Source: Candidatus Binatia bacterium (lineage in GTDB: Bacteria; Desulfobacterota; Binatia; Bin18). From it: 64,000 nt of DNA. The notes under the pieces were generated by a model, which made no database searches, was not told the origin of the DNA, and saw only the letters and a list, made by a program, of their open reading frames with translations. How positions within the stretch are numbered: position 1 is the stretch's first letter; every line of letters begins with the position of its first letter. Positions 46,542-56,514 of the stretch are shown one piece after another. Position numbers and translations under genes: made by a program. Location: positions 2,304,001 to 2,368,000 of the forward strand of contig OY761159.2 of NCBI GenBank assembly GCA_963664395.2, read 5' to 3'.

Positions 46542-47573
46542 ATGAACTTCGTTGACGAAGTCACAATGACGGTAAAAGCCGGTGATGGCGGACGGGGGTG
46601 TGTCAGCTTTCTACGCGAGAAGTTTCGGCCCTGGGGTGGGCCGAACGGCGGAAATGGCGGAGATGGCGGAGACGTGATCCTGCGCGTTGACCCGCAACGT
46701 AACACGCTGCTTGATCTCGCCCATCGGCATCATGCCAGAGCGGCACGTGGCGAGCACGGGCGGGGTAAGGACCAACACGGGAAAAACGCAAAGTCTTCAG
46801 TCCTTCCGGTCCCAGTCGGAACAATTGCTCGCGATATCGAGAGTGGAGAAATACTCGCAGACCTCCGAACCGCAGGCCAACAGGTCGTGGTCGCCCACGG
46901 CGGAAAAGGCGGCAAGGGGAACGCCTTTTTTACCAGCTCCACAAACCGGGCCCCCCGATTCGCCCAACCGGGTCTGCCCGGAGAGGTACGGCACATCCAG
47001 CTTGAACTCCGCTTATTGGCTGATGTGGGCCTGGTTGGGTTTCCCAACGTCGGGAAATCGACGCTGATCTCTGCTGTTTCTGCCGCACGTCCACGGGTTG
47101 CAGACTTTCCCTTTACGACCCTCATCCCGCACCTCGGCGTTGTTCGCTATGGAGATGAAGGCTCATTTGTCATGGCCGACGTGCCAGGGCTCATTGAGGG
47201 CGCGCACACTGGACATGGACTTGGCGCGCGCTTTCTGCGCCATCTTTCGCGGACTTCTATTCTGGTTCATCTTCTTGATATATCTGATCCGGCATGTGAT
47301 CCGTATGCAGACTATAGAGTCATCAATCGTGAACTTGACGCGTTTGATTGCGCTCTGGCTCAGCGACCACAGATAGTGGTCGTGACAAAAGCTGACTTGA
47401 CGATCACACGCGAACGGTTTCCTGAGGTGCAGGAATTTTTTGCACAGCATGAGAAAAGAGTGCATCTCATTTCTGCTGCAACTGGGGAAGGGAAACAGGA
47501 ATTGGTGGGGGAAATTGTCCGTGCGCTTCAACAGAGACAACACAGAATGGGCGACGGAGAGGAGAAAGAGTAA
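46542..47573 (+). CDS. obg: GTPase Obg/CgtA
   Basis: Gly-rich Obg fold, GFPNVGKST, PFTT, DVPG, TKAD. Confidence 0.98.
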   Translation: MNFVDEVTMTVKAGDGGRGCVSFLREKFRPWGGPNGGNGGDGGDVILRVDPQRNTLLDLAHRHHARAARGEHGRGKDQHGKNAKSSVLPVPVGTIARDIESGEILADLRTAGQQVVVAHGGKGGKGNAFFTSSTNRAPRFAQPGLPGEVRHIQLELRLLADVGLVGFPNVGKSTLISAVSAARPRVADFPFTTLIPHLGVVRYGDEGSFVMADVPGLIEGAHTGHGLGARFLRHLSRTSILVHLLDISDPACDPYADYRVINRELDAFDCALAQRPQIVVVTKADLTITRERFPEVQEFFAQHEKRVHLISAATGEGKQELVGEIVRALQQRQHRMGDGEEKE

Positions 47574-47617
47574 ACGTGCCAACCGCTTTGTATATTTGGA
47601 GGGCGCGTTTATTCTTT
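47565..47617. repeat. Palindromic dispersed element, copy 2 (53 bp); supplies the obg KE-stop
   Basis: AAAGAGTAAACGTGCC...GGCGCGTTTATTCTTT; reverse complement of copies 1 and 3. Confidence 0.9.
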
Positions 47618-47645
47618 CCGAACGAGAGACAGAGGTTTCCCCGGC

Positions 47646-48797
47646 ATGAGTGACGGGAACAGCCACCTCGCGCATAAAGCTCGTATTCTTGAGAGCACGA
47701 GGCGTATTGTGGTGAAAGTCGGGAGTAGTGTGCTCTCCAATGGAGACGGGGTATATACTCCACGTGTCAGCCACCTCGCGACGACCCTTTCTACCCTGCA
47801 GAAGGCAGAGGTGGTCTTAGTCACTTCGGGAGCCGTTGCTGCTGGAATGGGCGCACTCAATATGAAACAGCGCCCGAGGACGATACCGGCGAAACAGGCG
47901 GCAGCGGCCATTGGACAGATTACGCTCATGGCACTGTATGAAGAATGCTTTTCCCAGCATGCCATCCGGGTGGCTCAGATTCTTCTCACCCATGACGATC
48001 TGGCGAACCGAAGACGCTATTTGAACGCCAAGCATACCCTCCTGACGCTGATCGAATCCGGGGTCGTGCCAATTGTGAACGAGAATGACACGGTTGCGGT
48101 TGAAGAAATCCAGTTTGGCGACAACGATAATCTCTCTGCCCAAGTCGCCGTACTTGTCGAGGCGGATCTGCTGGTTATGTTGAGTGATGTTGCGGGTTTA
48201 TATGAAACAGACCCACGCCTGGACCAGCAGGCCAAACGTATTCCGCTGGTCGAGCAGTTCGACGAACAATTGCTGAAGCGGTGTGGTGCGGCCGGCCCGT
48301 TAGGACGCGGCGGGATGACTTCTAAAATCGAAGCGGCTCAAAAGGCGGCGCTGTCCGGCATTCCGTCCCTTCTCATAGATGGCCGGAGCGATGCGGGGCT
48401 CTGCGCGGTTTTTGACCCCCAGCAGGAGGTTGGCACGCTGTTTTTGCCCGTCTCGGACAGGATTGCGAGCCGTAAACACTGGATTGCCTATACGCTGAAG
48501 CCGGCCGGCTCACTCCGTCTTGATGCGGGGGCGGCGGCGGCGATTCGGCGGGATGGGAGGAGTCTGTTACCTGCCGGGGTGCGTGGCGTCTATGGCAGCT
48601 TTGAGGAAGGGGACTGTGTGACCTGTCTGGACGAAAGCGGGGGGGAATTTGCTCGTGGCTTAGTGAATTATGGCGCCGCAGCTCTGAGGCAAATTCAAGG
48701 CGTGCACACGAGTCAGATTGAACAGACGCTCGGCTATAAGGTCAGCGACGAAGTGATTCATCGTGACGACCTCGCCCTACTCCAAGAAACGCACTGA
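47646..48797 (+). CDS. proB: Glutamate 5-kinase with PUA domain
   Basis: VVKVGSS, VTSGAV, NENDTV, FGDNDNLSA, GGMTSKI. Confidence 0.98.
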   Translation: MSDGNSHLAHKARILESTRRIVVKVGSSVLSNGDGVYTPRVSHLATTLSTLQKAEVVLVTSGAVAAGMGALNMKQRPRTIPAKQAAAAIGQITLMALYEECFSQHAIRVAQILLTHDDLANRRRYLNAKHTLLTLIESGVVPIVNENDTVAVEEIQFGDNDNLSAQVAVLVEADLLVMLSDVAGLYETDPRLDQQAKRIPLVEQFDEQLLKRCGAAGPLGRGGMTSKIEAAQKAALSGIPSLLIDGRSDAGLCAVFDPQQEVGTLFLPVSDRIASRKHWIAYTLKPAGSLRLDAGAAAAIRRDGRSLLPAGVRGVYGSFEEGDCVTCLDESGGEFARGLVNYGAAALRQIQGVHTSQIEQTLGYKVSDEVIHRDDLALLQETH

Positions 48798-48867
48798 AAC
48801 GCACGCATGAGGACATTGGCCGAGTCCCCATGCCGCGAAGAGAAAGCGCTCCTCAAAGGAAGACAGC

Positions 48868-50124
48868 ATGAGTCTTGAAAATATGGTGGTCGCATTAGCC
48901 CACACCGCAAAAAAAGCCGCGCGGGTATTGGCAACAATGTCAACACAAACGAAAGATCATGCGCTTCTCACAGCCGCACGGGGGCTCCGGGATCAGACGG
49001 AAGTCTTACGTGCCGCCAATGCACAAGATGTTGCCCGGGGAAAAGACAAAGGTTTATCTGCGGCCATGCTCGATCGCCTGACGCTGGACGAAGCGCGCAT
49101 ACACGCTATGGCCAAAGGACTCGAAATTATGGTCGATCTGCCGGACCCGGTAGCGGAAACGATCTCTACCTGGAAGCGCCCAAATGGCTTGGAGATCAGT
49201 CAGGTCCGTGTCCCTCTCGGTGTCGTCGGGATTATTTACGAGTCGCGGCCGAATGTGACAGCGGATGCCGCTGGTTTATGTATCAAGGCGGGCAATGCGG
49301 TTGTGCTCAAAGGGGGATCGGAGGCGTTCGAGACGAACGGGGCTATCGTTGACGTTCTTTCTCAAGCCTTTGCCAAAGCGGGCCTGCCGGACGGAGTGGT
49401 CCAACTGGTCCGCTCGACTGATCGACAGGCTGTCACCTTTCTCCTCCAACAAGACCGCTGTATTGATGTCATTATTCCGCGTGGCGGAGAGGAGTTGATC
49501 CGGGCCGTAACGCGAGAATCGTCTATTCCGGTGATTCAACATTTCTCTGGCTTGTGTCACACCTATGTGGATGCTGCGGCTGATATTGAAAAAGCGCACC
49601 GAGTGTGCCTGAATGCTAAGGTGCAAAGACCGTGGGTGTGCAATGCCATGGAAAATCTGCTGGTGCATGAGACAATTGCGCCGCGCTTCCTACCGGACTT
49701 TATTACCCGCCTCGAACAAGAGGGCGTCGAGGTTCGCGGCTGTGACCAGACGCGACAGATTGTGTCTCAGGTGAACGTAGCAACTGAGACGGATTGGCAG
49801 ACCGAGTATCTTGATAAAATCCTCTCGGTCAAAGTAGTGCGCTCGCTTGAGGAGGCGCTGGATTTTATTCATACCAACGGGTCAGGACTGGCCGATTGTA
49901 TTGTGAGTGAAGATTATTCACAGGTCCGGCGGTTTCTGCGTGAAGTGGACTCTGCGACCGTCTATGCAAACGCTTCGACGCGATTCACCGATGGCTTTGA
50001 GTTCGGATTTGGGGCCGAGGTCGGAATTTCGACGAACCGGCTCCACGCCAGAGGGCCCATGGGGTTGCGTGAGCTCACAACCTATAAATATGTTGTCTAC
50101 GGAGATGGTCAGATACGGGAATAA
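48868..50124 (+). CDS. proA: Gamma-glutamyl phosphate reductase
   Basis: PLGVVGIIYESRPNVT, PRGG, CNAME, NASTRFTDG, HARGPMGL. Confidence 0.98.
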   Translation: MSLENMVVALAHTAKKAARVLATMSTQTKDHALLTAARGLRDQTEVLRAANAQDVARGKDKGLSAAMLDRLTLDEARIHAMAKGLEIMVDLPDPVAETISTWKRPNGLEISQVRVPLGVVGIIYESRPNVTADAAGLCIKAGNAVVLKGGSEAFETNGAIVDVLSQAFAKAGLPDGVVQLVRSTDRQAVTFLLQQDRCIDVIIPRGGEELIRAVTRESSIPVIQHFSGLCHTYVDAAADIEKAHRVCLNAKVQRPWVCNAMENLLVHETIAPRFLPDFITRLEQEGVEVRGCDQTRQIVSQVNVATETDWQTEYLDKILSVKVVRSLEEALDFIHTNGSGLADCIVSEDYSQVRRFLREVDSATVYANASTRFTDGFEFGFGAEVGISTNRLHARGPMGLRELTTYKYVVYGDGQIRE

Positions 50125-50132
50125 AATACGAA

Positions 50133-50186
50133 GAAGAGTAAACCTGCCCTCCAAATCATACAAAGCTGTTGGCACGTTTACTCTTT
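50133..50186. repeat. Palindromic dispersed element, copy 3 (54 bp), between proA and nadD
   Basis: GAAGAGTAAACCTGCC-CTCCAAATCATACAAAGCTGTT-GGCACGTTTACTCTTT. Confidence 0.9.
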
Positions 50187-50199
50187 CAGGTCCTGGCGT

Positions 50200-50868
50200 A
50201 TGAAAGTAGGGCTGTTCGGTGGAACGTTTAACCCCATCCATTTAGGCCATCTGCGGAGTGCGGAAGAAGTCCGTGCAGCGTTTGCGCTTGACCGGATATA
50301 CTTCATTCCTTCCGCCGCTCCTCCACACAAGCGCGAAACGGATGTCGCTCCTGCTCAACATCGCTACAATATGGTGGAGCGTGCCGTTGCCGACAACCCC
50401 GCCTTCCTTGCCTCCCGTATCGAACTCGACCGTTCCGGACCTTCGTTTTCGGTTGATACGATACGCACTTTTCAGGACAGAGAGACGTATACCTCTCTCG
50501 CTTTTCTTATCGGGATGGATGCTTTTTGTGAGATCGAGTCGTGGAATGCCTACCTGGAGATTCCTAGCTTATGCGACCTGATTGTGACGTCGCGTCCTGG
50601 GGTTCCCACGCCCTCAATTGACCAGCTCCTTCCCGTTGCTCTTCGGTCCGCCTTTTGGTACGATCCGGCCAAGCAGAGATACCAGCACGAATCAGGGCAC
50701 ACGTTGACGCTGTATACACTGAACGGCCTCCATATTTCGGCCTCCGTGATACGTGATAATATTCACGCCGGCCGACCCACGCACGGCCAGCTCCCGCCTG
50801 CCGTGGCAGACTATATCGCCACATGTGCCCTCTATCGCTCGCAAGAGGCTCTTTCCCTTGAAGGCTGA
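50200..50868 (+). CDS. nadD: Nicotinate-nucleotide adenylyltransferase
   Basis: GGTFNPIHLGH, PPHK, IGMD, ISAS. Confidence 0.96.
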   Translation: MKVGLFGGTFNPIHLGHLRSAEEVRAAFALDRIYFIPSAAPPHKRETDVAPAQHRYNMVERAVADNPAFLASRIELDRSGPSFSVDTIRTFQDRETYTSLAFLIGMDAFCEIESWNAYLEIPSLCDLIVTSRPGVPTPSIDQLLPVALRSAFWYDPAKQRYQHESGHTLTLYTLNGLHISASVIRDNIHAGRPTHGQLPPAVADYIATCALYRSQEALSLEG

Positions 50869-51253
50869 TGACGGCTGGCAAAAGGCCCTGCGGTGCGCCC
50901 AATCCGCTCTGGATAAAAAGGCATATGACCTGGTTGTCCTTGACGTGGAAGCGTTGACTTCGATTGCCTCCTATTTTGTGATCTGTACCGGGCGGTCGGA
51001 CATTCAGGTCCAGGCGATTAGTCAGGCTATTGAGGACGCCCTCCGGCAGGCAGGCCACCGCCCATTAGCCCTTGAAGGCGTCTCGCATGGACAATGGGTC
51101 CTCATGGATTTCGGGGACGTTATTGTCCATATTTTCTATGAAACAGTACGAGAATTCTACAATTTAGAAGGACTCTGGGCCAAGGCTCCACGTTGCACGC
51201 TGCCCGAACCCTACTCGACGCAAGCCCTGGACCTCCGACTCGAAACCGGTTAG
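50858..51253 (+). CDS. rsfS: Ribosome silencing factor RsfS (Iojap)
   Basis: DKKA, YFVICTG, WVLMDFGDVIVHIF, REFYNLEGLW. Confidence 0.95.
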   Translation: MKADDGWQKALRCAQSALDKKAYDLVVLDVEALTSIASYFVICTGRSDIQVQAISQAIEDALRQAGHRPLALEGVSHGQWVLMDFGDVIVHIFYETVREFYNLEGLWAKAPRCTLPEPYSTQALDLRLETG

Positions 51254-51360
51254 GAGCCCTTTCTCTTGCTCCGAGAAGACCGACCTTCCCTTTCTTTCCA
51301 TCAGGGTTTCCTTCTATACTAGGGGAAGGAACCAGCGAGAGAACCTCGCTGGGGGATGCT

Positions 51361-51771
51361 ATGGGTCGGACGGCTTCTACTCAAGAGACACTGTATTACG
51401 GAAGTACCCGTAAACACCAGTATTGGGAAAACGAAAAACAGACGTTGCGTCTCGTCCGCGATCGGGCTGCGTCCGTCTGGCGGGCGTATCGCAAGCAACA
51501 TGGGATGTACCGCCTTTTGCTGGTGAAGTCTCGCTCCACGGCCGGACCACGAAAAGGGAAACGGAAATCGACACCACTGACGGGCAGAAGCGCTGAAGAA
51601 GTCGTGGCTAACATCAAACGTGACTATCAGCTGCGATTGGTGCTTGAGCAACGACTGCGCCGTTGGATGGATAAGGCATCAGGAGAGCGTGTCCTCGCCT
51701 TTCTCGATCCGAACCAGGGAGGTGCGCCAGCAATGACTGACCCAGGCACGTATAATTCTCAGTCTTCATAA
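51361..51771 (+). CDS. Basic hypothetical protein
   Basis: Open frame filling the gap between rsfS and fabH; no recognisable motif. Confidence 0.5.
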   Translation: MGRTASTQETLYYGSTRKHQYWENEKQTLRLVRDRAASVWRAYRKQHGMYRLLLVKSRSTAGPRKGKRKSTPLTGRSAEEVVANIKRDYQLRLVLEQRLRRWMDKASGERVLAFLDPNQGGAPAMTDPGTYNSQSS

Positions 51772-51907
51772 AAGAGCGAAGAAGCGCGGGTGTTTTTCCC
51801 CATTGTGGGGAAAAACAGGCGGAGACCAGGAAAAAAACGGGACGAGCAGCGCGGCGCTCGGTGGGTGCTAGCATGGAGCGCCGACGAAAAAACAGACCGA
51901 ACGACCC

Positions 51908-52882
51908 CTACCAGCGCGCGACCGATGCCCCCCAGGTGAGCCCGCCCCCACAGCCGTTGAGCACGACGATGTCGCTATCATGCACTTTGCCTTCCCGTAT
52001 AGCTTCATCCAGAGCTATCGGAATGGAGGCGGCAGACGTATTCCCGAAGCGATGCACATTGCAGTAGACCTTGTCCATACTTGCCCCCAGGCGGTCGGCT
52101 ACCGCTTGGATAATGCGTAAGTTCGCCTGATGAGGGACCATTAACTTGATATCTTCTGGTGTCAGGCCGGATTTTTCGAGGGCCTTTTTTGTCACATCGG
52201 CCAGGGCACGAACGGCCACCTTGAACAATTCCGGGCCTTTCATCTGAATACCCCAGTCGGATTCCTGCTCCCCGGCCTGATCAAACGTTTGGCGCAGTCC
52301 GGAGCGAACGTGGAGCAATTGCCAGAGGGCTCCGCTGGACTCGACGATAGTGCTGAGCAAGCCCCGGTCATTCGGCTGATTTTCTAACACTACTGCGCCT
52401 GCGCCATCTCCGAACAGCACGCACGTAGCCCGGTCTCCCCAGTTGACCATGGAGCTCATGGCATCCGCGCCAACCAGCAGGATGCGGTTGTAATCTCCGC
52501 TTTTGAGATAGCTATGGGCAACCGACAGGCCGTACACAAACCCGGCACAGGCTGCCGCAATATCAAAGGCGGGAATATTATCAACGCCCAGGCGCGTTTG
52601 GAGCAGGCAGGCAGTGGAAGGAAAGGCATACTCCCCAGAGACTGTGGCGACCAGGATCATATCCAAGTCCTGCGCGGACAGGCCCGACGCCTCGAGCGCA
52701 GTTTCACTCGCAGCATGAATGAGGTCGAGCAATGACTCATCCTGCTGTATGACACGCCGTTCCTGTATGCCCGTCCGTGTGACAATCCATTTATGGTTTG
52801 TGTCAACCCGTTTCGCTAGATCATCATTTGTGAGACAGGTCGAAGGGACGGCGGAACCTGTGCCGATAATACGTGCGCCCAT
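51908..52882 (-). CDS. fabH: 3-oxoacyl-ACP synthase III
   Basis: AACAGF, LFGDGAGA, PHQAN, GNTSAASIP, GGLTWG. Confidence 0.97.
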   Translation of the reverse strand: MGARIIGTGSAVPSTCLTNDDLAKRVDTNHKWIVTRTGIQERRVIQQDESLLDLIHAASETALEASGLSAQDLDMILVATVSGEYAFPSTACLLQTRLGVDNIPAFDIAAACAGFVYGLSVAHSYLKSGDYNRILLVGADAMSSMVNWGDRATCVLFGDGAGAVVLENQPNDRGLLSTIVESSGALWQLLHVRSGLRQTFDQAGEQESDWGIQMKGPELFKVAVRALADVTKKALEKSGLTPEDIKLMVPHQANLRIIQAVADRLGASMDKVYCNVHRFGNTSAASIPIALDEAIREGKVHDSDIVVLNGCGGGLTWGASVARW

Positions 52883-52988
52883 GCGCCACCTCTTTCGTTC
52901 TTCTTGCCCAGCGAGATCAGGCCAGTCAATACGTCTCGCGCTGTTTCGCTCAGGGCATGTTCTGTTTTCTTAGGTCCCAGTGTTCTCG

Positions 52989-54251
52989 TTAATCCGATTG
53001 ATCGCCTTCCCATTTGCGAAAGACGAGGCAGGCGTTGGTTCCCCCAAAGCCAAAGGAATTGGATAGGACGGTCCGGACCGGCGCCGAGCGGGGCTTGTTG
53101 GGCACATAGTCCAAATCGCAATCCGGATCAGGTTCTTCATAGTTGATCGTTGGCGGCATGATCTGATGGTGGAGCGCTAAGGCGGAATACACGGCCTCGA
53201 CGCCACCGGCAGCACCAAGTAAATGGCCGGTCATAGACTTGGTTGAACTGATAGCGAGCTTTGCCGCGTGTTCGCCAAAGACTCTTTTCAGGGCCAAGGT
53301 TTCGGTCGCATCGTTATACGGTGTTGAAGTGCCGTGTGCGTTGACATAATCGATCTCGGTCGGATCAATCCCGCCGCTCCGCAGGGCCAGCTTCATGCAG
53401 CGCACCGCGCCTTCGCCTTCGGGCGAGGGGGCGGTGATGTGATACGCATCTGCGTTGGCACCGTAACCGACCACTTCGGCGTAGATTTTTGCCCCGTGAC
53501 TCTTGGCGAATTCGAGCTCCTCCAACACCACAATGCCAGCACCTTCGGCCATGACAAAGCCGTCACGATTTTTGTCAAACGGACGACTGGCCTTCTCGGG
53601 CTCGTCGTTCCGCGTCGAGACGGCTCGCATGGCAATAAAGCCGCCCAGCCCTAAAGAGGTCAGGGCCGCCTCTGCTCCCCCGGCAATAACGGCATCCTGA
53701 TCGCCCAGCCGAATGGCCCGATACGCTTCCCCAATGGCGTGTGCACCGGAAGAGCACGCACTCGTTGGCGTATAATTAATACCTTTGGCGCCATAGCGGA
53801 TGGAGATTTGGCCGGGTGCCAGGTTGCTCAACAGCTTGGGGATAAAGAACGGAGAAACTTTCTTGAGTCGCGTATCAAGAAAGTGCAAGTGGTATTCTTC
53901 AATGCTGGTCAGCCCGCCAATCCCGACCCCGACGATACACCCAATCATATCCTCGTTTTCCGGCGTGATTGGAGTCTTGGCTTCATCCATCGCCATTTGG
54001 GCGGCGGCAACACTATACTGGATGAAGAGGTCCATCTTTTTGACTTCTTTCTTCTCAATAAAATCGGTGGGAGAGAAGTCGTTGACCTCGCCAGCAATCC
54101 GAGTTGGAAAGTCTGAGACATCAAAGCGCGTCAAGGGGCCGATTCCTGAGCGTCCCTCAAGCAGCGCTTGCCAGTTTTTCTCCACCCCAGTGCCAAGTGG
54201 AGTCACAGCCCCTAGCCCAGTAATGACGACACGGCGTTGCCCGTTTTGCAT
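52989..54251 (-). CDS. fabF: 3-oxoacyl-ACP synthase II
   Basis: [40 protein letters not shown]. Confidence 0.98.
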   Translation of the reverse strand: MQNGQRRVVITGLGAVTPLGTGVEKNWQALLEGRSGIGPLTRFDVSDFPTRIAGEVNDFSPTDFIEKKEVKKMDLFIQYSVAAAQMAMDEAKTPITPENEDMIGCIVGVGIGGLTSIEEYHLHFLDTRLKKVSPFFIPKLLSNLAPGQISIRYGAKGINYTPTSACSSGAHAIGEAYRAIRLGDQDAVIAGGAEAALTSLGLGGFIAMRAVSTRNDEPEKASRPFDKNRDGFVMAEGAGIVVLEELEFAKSHGAKIYAEVVGYGANADAYHITAPSPEGEGAVRCMKLALRSGGIDPTEIDYVNAHGTSTPYNDATETLALKRVFGEHAAKLAISSTKSMTGHLLGAAGGVEAVYSALALHHQIMPPTINYEEPDPDCDLDYVPNKPRSAPVRTVLSNSFGFGGTNACLVFRKWEGDQSD

Positions 54252-54288
54252 AATCTCCTACCTTACAAACTATTTATGACGACATCTG

Positions 54289-54311
54289 GGAGTGCGGGCT
54301 TCCAGCCCACA
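54289..54311 (+). repeat. GGAG-type REP-like hairpin upstream of fabF
   Basis: GGAG-TGCGGGCT-TCC-AGCCCACA. Confidence 0.35.
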
Positions 54312-54550
54312 GTGGATGCCTTGTACGAAATAGTTTTTTACCAGCTCCTCTCCGCTATCCGAACATTCTCCTAAGGTCATGTATCTTAAAGACTCAATGA
54401 AATCCCTGCAACTGGCCGGCAATCCCATCGTGGTCTGGGCCGGGGTAGAGCGAGCACTGAAAGCGAGCGGGAGTCCCCTTGCTGAAGGAGGGCTGCTATA
54501 CGTCATGCTGAAGAAAGAAGAGAAAGCGGTCAGGAGTAGGTGACAGGCGT

Positions 54551-55861
54551 ATGCCAGAGCACAGGCCGAATCGGCAGAATCAACAGCCTCAAACAGTTTT
54601 CCTGAATCAGCGTGCATACGCCTTCCCGCGCCGTCCTGTCGTTGCGATCTGCATAGACGGCTGTGATCCGGCGTATATCAAGAACGGTCTTGCCGAGAAC
54701 ATTTTGCCAAACATCCGGCGTTTTCTCGCCCGAGGTTTCGGCACCTGGGCGGACGCTGTGGTCCCGACGTTTACCAACCCGAATAATCTGTCAATTGTCA
54801 CGGGCAGTTCGCCCGCGGTGCATGGTATTTCGGGTAATTACTTTCTTGATCCGACAACCGGGCAGGCGGTCATGATGACCGATCCGACGCATCTCCGCTC
54901 TGAAACCCTGCTGGCGTGCTTTTCTCACATTGGGGCAAAGGTCATTGTCATCACAGCCAAAGATAAACTGTGTCGCCTGCTTGGCCACGGGGTCGCCGAC
55001 GGTATGTGTTTCTCTGCCGAGAAAGCTGAGGATTGTACAATCACGGTGCATGGTATTGAGAACGTCTGCCACCGTATTGGCCGTCCACAGCCTGACGTCT
55101 ATTCTGCTGAGCTGTCACTCTTTGTCCTGGAAGCTGGCCTGGCCTTGTTTGAACAACACCGGCCGGATCTGATGTATCTCTCGCTGAGCGACTATGTACA
55201 ACATAAACATGCGCCTGGGAGCGCTGAGGCAAATGCCTTCTATGCCGCGCTTGACCGCTTGTGTGGCCGGCTGGCTGATGCCGGAGCCCTGGTCGCCCTC
55301 ACCGCCGACCATGGTATGAACGCCAAACCGCGGGTTGTGTTTCTCCAAGACATTCTGAATGCGTGCTGTGGTCAGGGCAAGACGCGCGTGATCTGTCCGA
55401 TTACCGACCCCTATGTTGTCCATCATGGCGCGTTGGGGTCTTTTGTCCGCGTCTACTGTCTTGGCGCAGAGCGGGCTGCCGTGCGTGCGGTGATCGTAAA
55501 CATTCCCGGAATTGAAGCTGTGTATGACAAGCACACCGCGTGTGAACAGTTTCTCCTGCCGCCTGACCGTGAGGCTGATCTCATTGTTCTTGGAGATCAA
55601 AAAACGGCCATTGGTGCGGCAGAACAAGATCATGACTTGTCCGGGTTAGGGGATGCGCCTCTCCGCTCTCATGGAGGGCGCGCTGAGCAGTCGATACCAT
55701 TCATTCTTTCCGAGCCCATCTCTGAGGAGTACCAAAAACGTGCGGAAACAGTCCGACTCAGAAATTTTGACCTGTTCGACTACGCTTTGAATGGGGCAAG
55801 AGGGCTGGAGTCTCCGTTTTCCGCAGCCTCACGCCTTGTGTCAGGAAAATTGAGCCTATAG
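54551..55861 (+). CDS. phnA: Phosphonoacetate hydrolase (alkaline phosphatase superfamily)
   Basis: CIDGC, VPTFTNPNNLSIVTG, YLSLSDYVQHK, TADHGMN, DPYVVHHGALG, RSHGG. Confidence 0.92.
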   Translation: MPEHRPNRQNQQPQTVFLNQRAYAFPRRPVVAICIDGCDPAYIKNGLAENILPNIRRFLARGFGTWADAVVPTFTNPNNLSIVTGSSPAVHGISGNYFLDPTTGQAVMMTDPTHLRSETLLACFSHIGAKVIVITAKDKLCRLLGHGVADGMCFSAEKAEDCTITVHGIENVCHRIGRPQPDVYSAELSLFVLEAGLALFEQHRPDLMYLSLSDYVQHKHAPGSAEANAFYAALDRLCGRLADAGALVALTADHGMNAKPRVVFLQDILNACCGQGKTRVICPITDPYVVHHGALGSFVRVYCLGAERAAVRAVIVNIPGIEAVYDKHTACEQFLLPPDREADLIVLGDQKTAIGAAEQDHDLSGLGDAPLRSHGGRAEQSIPFILSEPISEEYQKRAETVRLRNFDLFDYALNGARGLESPFSAASRLVSGKLSL

Positions 55862-55871
55862 ACTGAAGCCA

Positions 55872-56504
55872 ATGGACCTCTCCGTCGTCATACAGCAACT
55901 GTCTATTTGGGGACTGCCGGTCCTTGCGGCTGTAGTCCTGCATGAACTCGCGCATGGCTATAGCGCCTATCTGCTGGGTGACCCGACCGCCGCCCGCATG
56001 GGCCGACTGACGCTGAATCCTCTCGCCCATGTGGACTTGTTTGGAACAATTTTGTTGCCAGTCATGCTCATTGTTTCCGGCGCGCCGTTTCTGTTCGGCT
56101 ATGCCAAGCCCGTTCCCGTAAACTTTGCGAATCTGCATAACCCCCGCCGGGACATGGTGCGCGTTGCTGCTGCCGGCCCGATTATGAACCTCATACTGGC
56201 AGGACTGTCTGCCTTTGCGCTGAAGTTCCTGCTGTCCTTACAACTCATCGACGATGGCCTGGTCGCCCGTAGCCTGTTGGCGAGTGTCATGATCAATATC
56301 GTCCTTGCGGTTTTTAACTTATTGCCTTTACCGCCGCTCGACGGCGGGCGGGTCGCCACAGGCCTTCTGCCCCGGCGGCCGGCTCTTGCGCTCGCCAAGC
56401 TTGAGCCCTATGGCATGTTGATCGTGATGCTCCTGTTGATGACCGGGGTTCTCGGCGACATGCTCCAACCGCTGACGCTGTTCTTACTCAACGCCCTCTT
56501 GTGA
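55872..56504 (+). CDS. Site-2 protease (M50 family)
   Basis: HELAH, GDPTA, AGP, FNLLPLPPLDGG. Confidence 0.95.
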   Translation: MDLSVVIQQLSIWGLPVLAAVVLHELAHGYSAYLLGDPTAARMGRLTLNPLAHVDLFGTILLPVMLIVSGAPFLFGYAKPVPVNFANLHNPRRDMVRVAAAGPIMNLILAGLSAFALKFLLSLQLIDDGLVARSLLASVMINIVLAVFNLLPLPPLDGGRVATGLLPRRPALALAKLEPYGMLIVMLLLMTGVLGDMLQPLTLFLLNALL

Positions 56505-56514
56505 GATTCCATTC

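Noticed and set aside
54270-54617. acpP or another small gene upstream of fabF
   Set aside because: No DSL phosphopantetheine motif in the ORF; it overlaps the phnA start and looks spurious.
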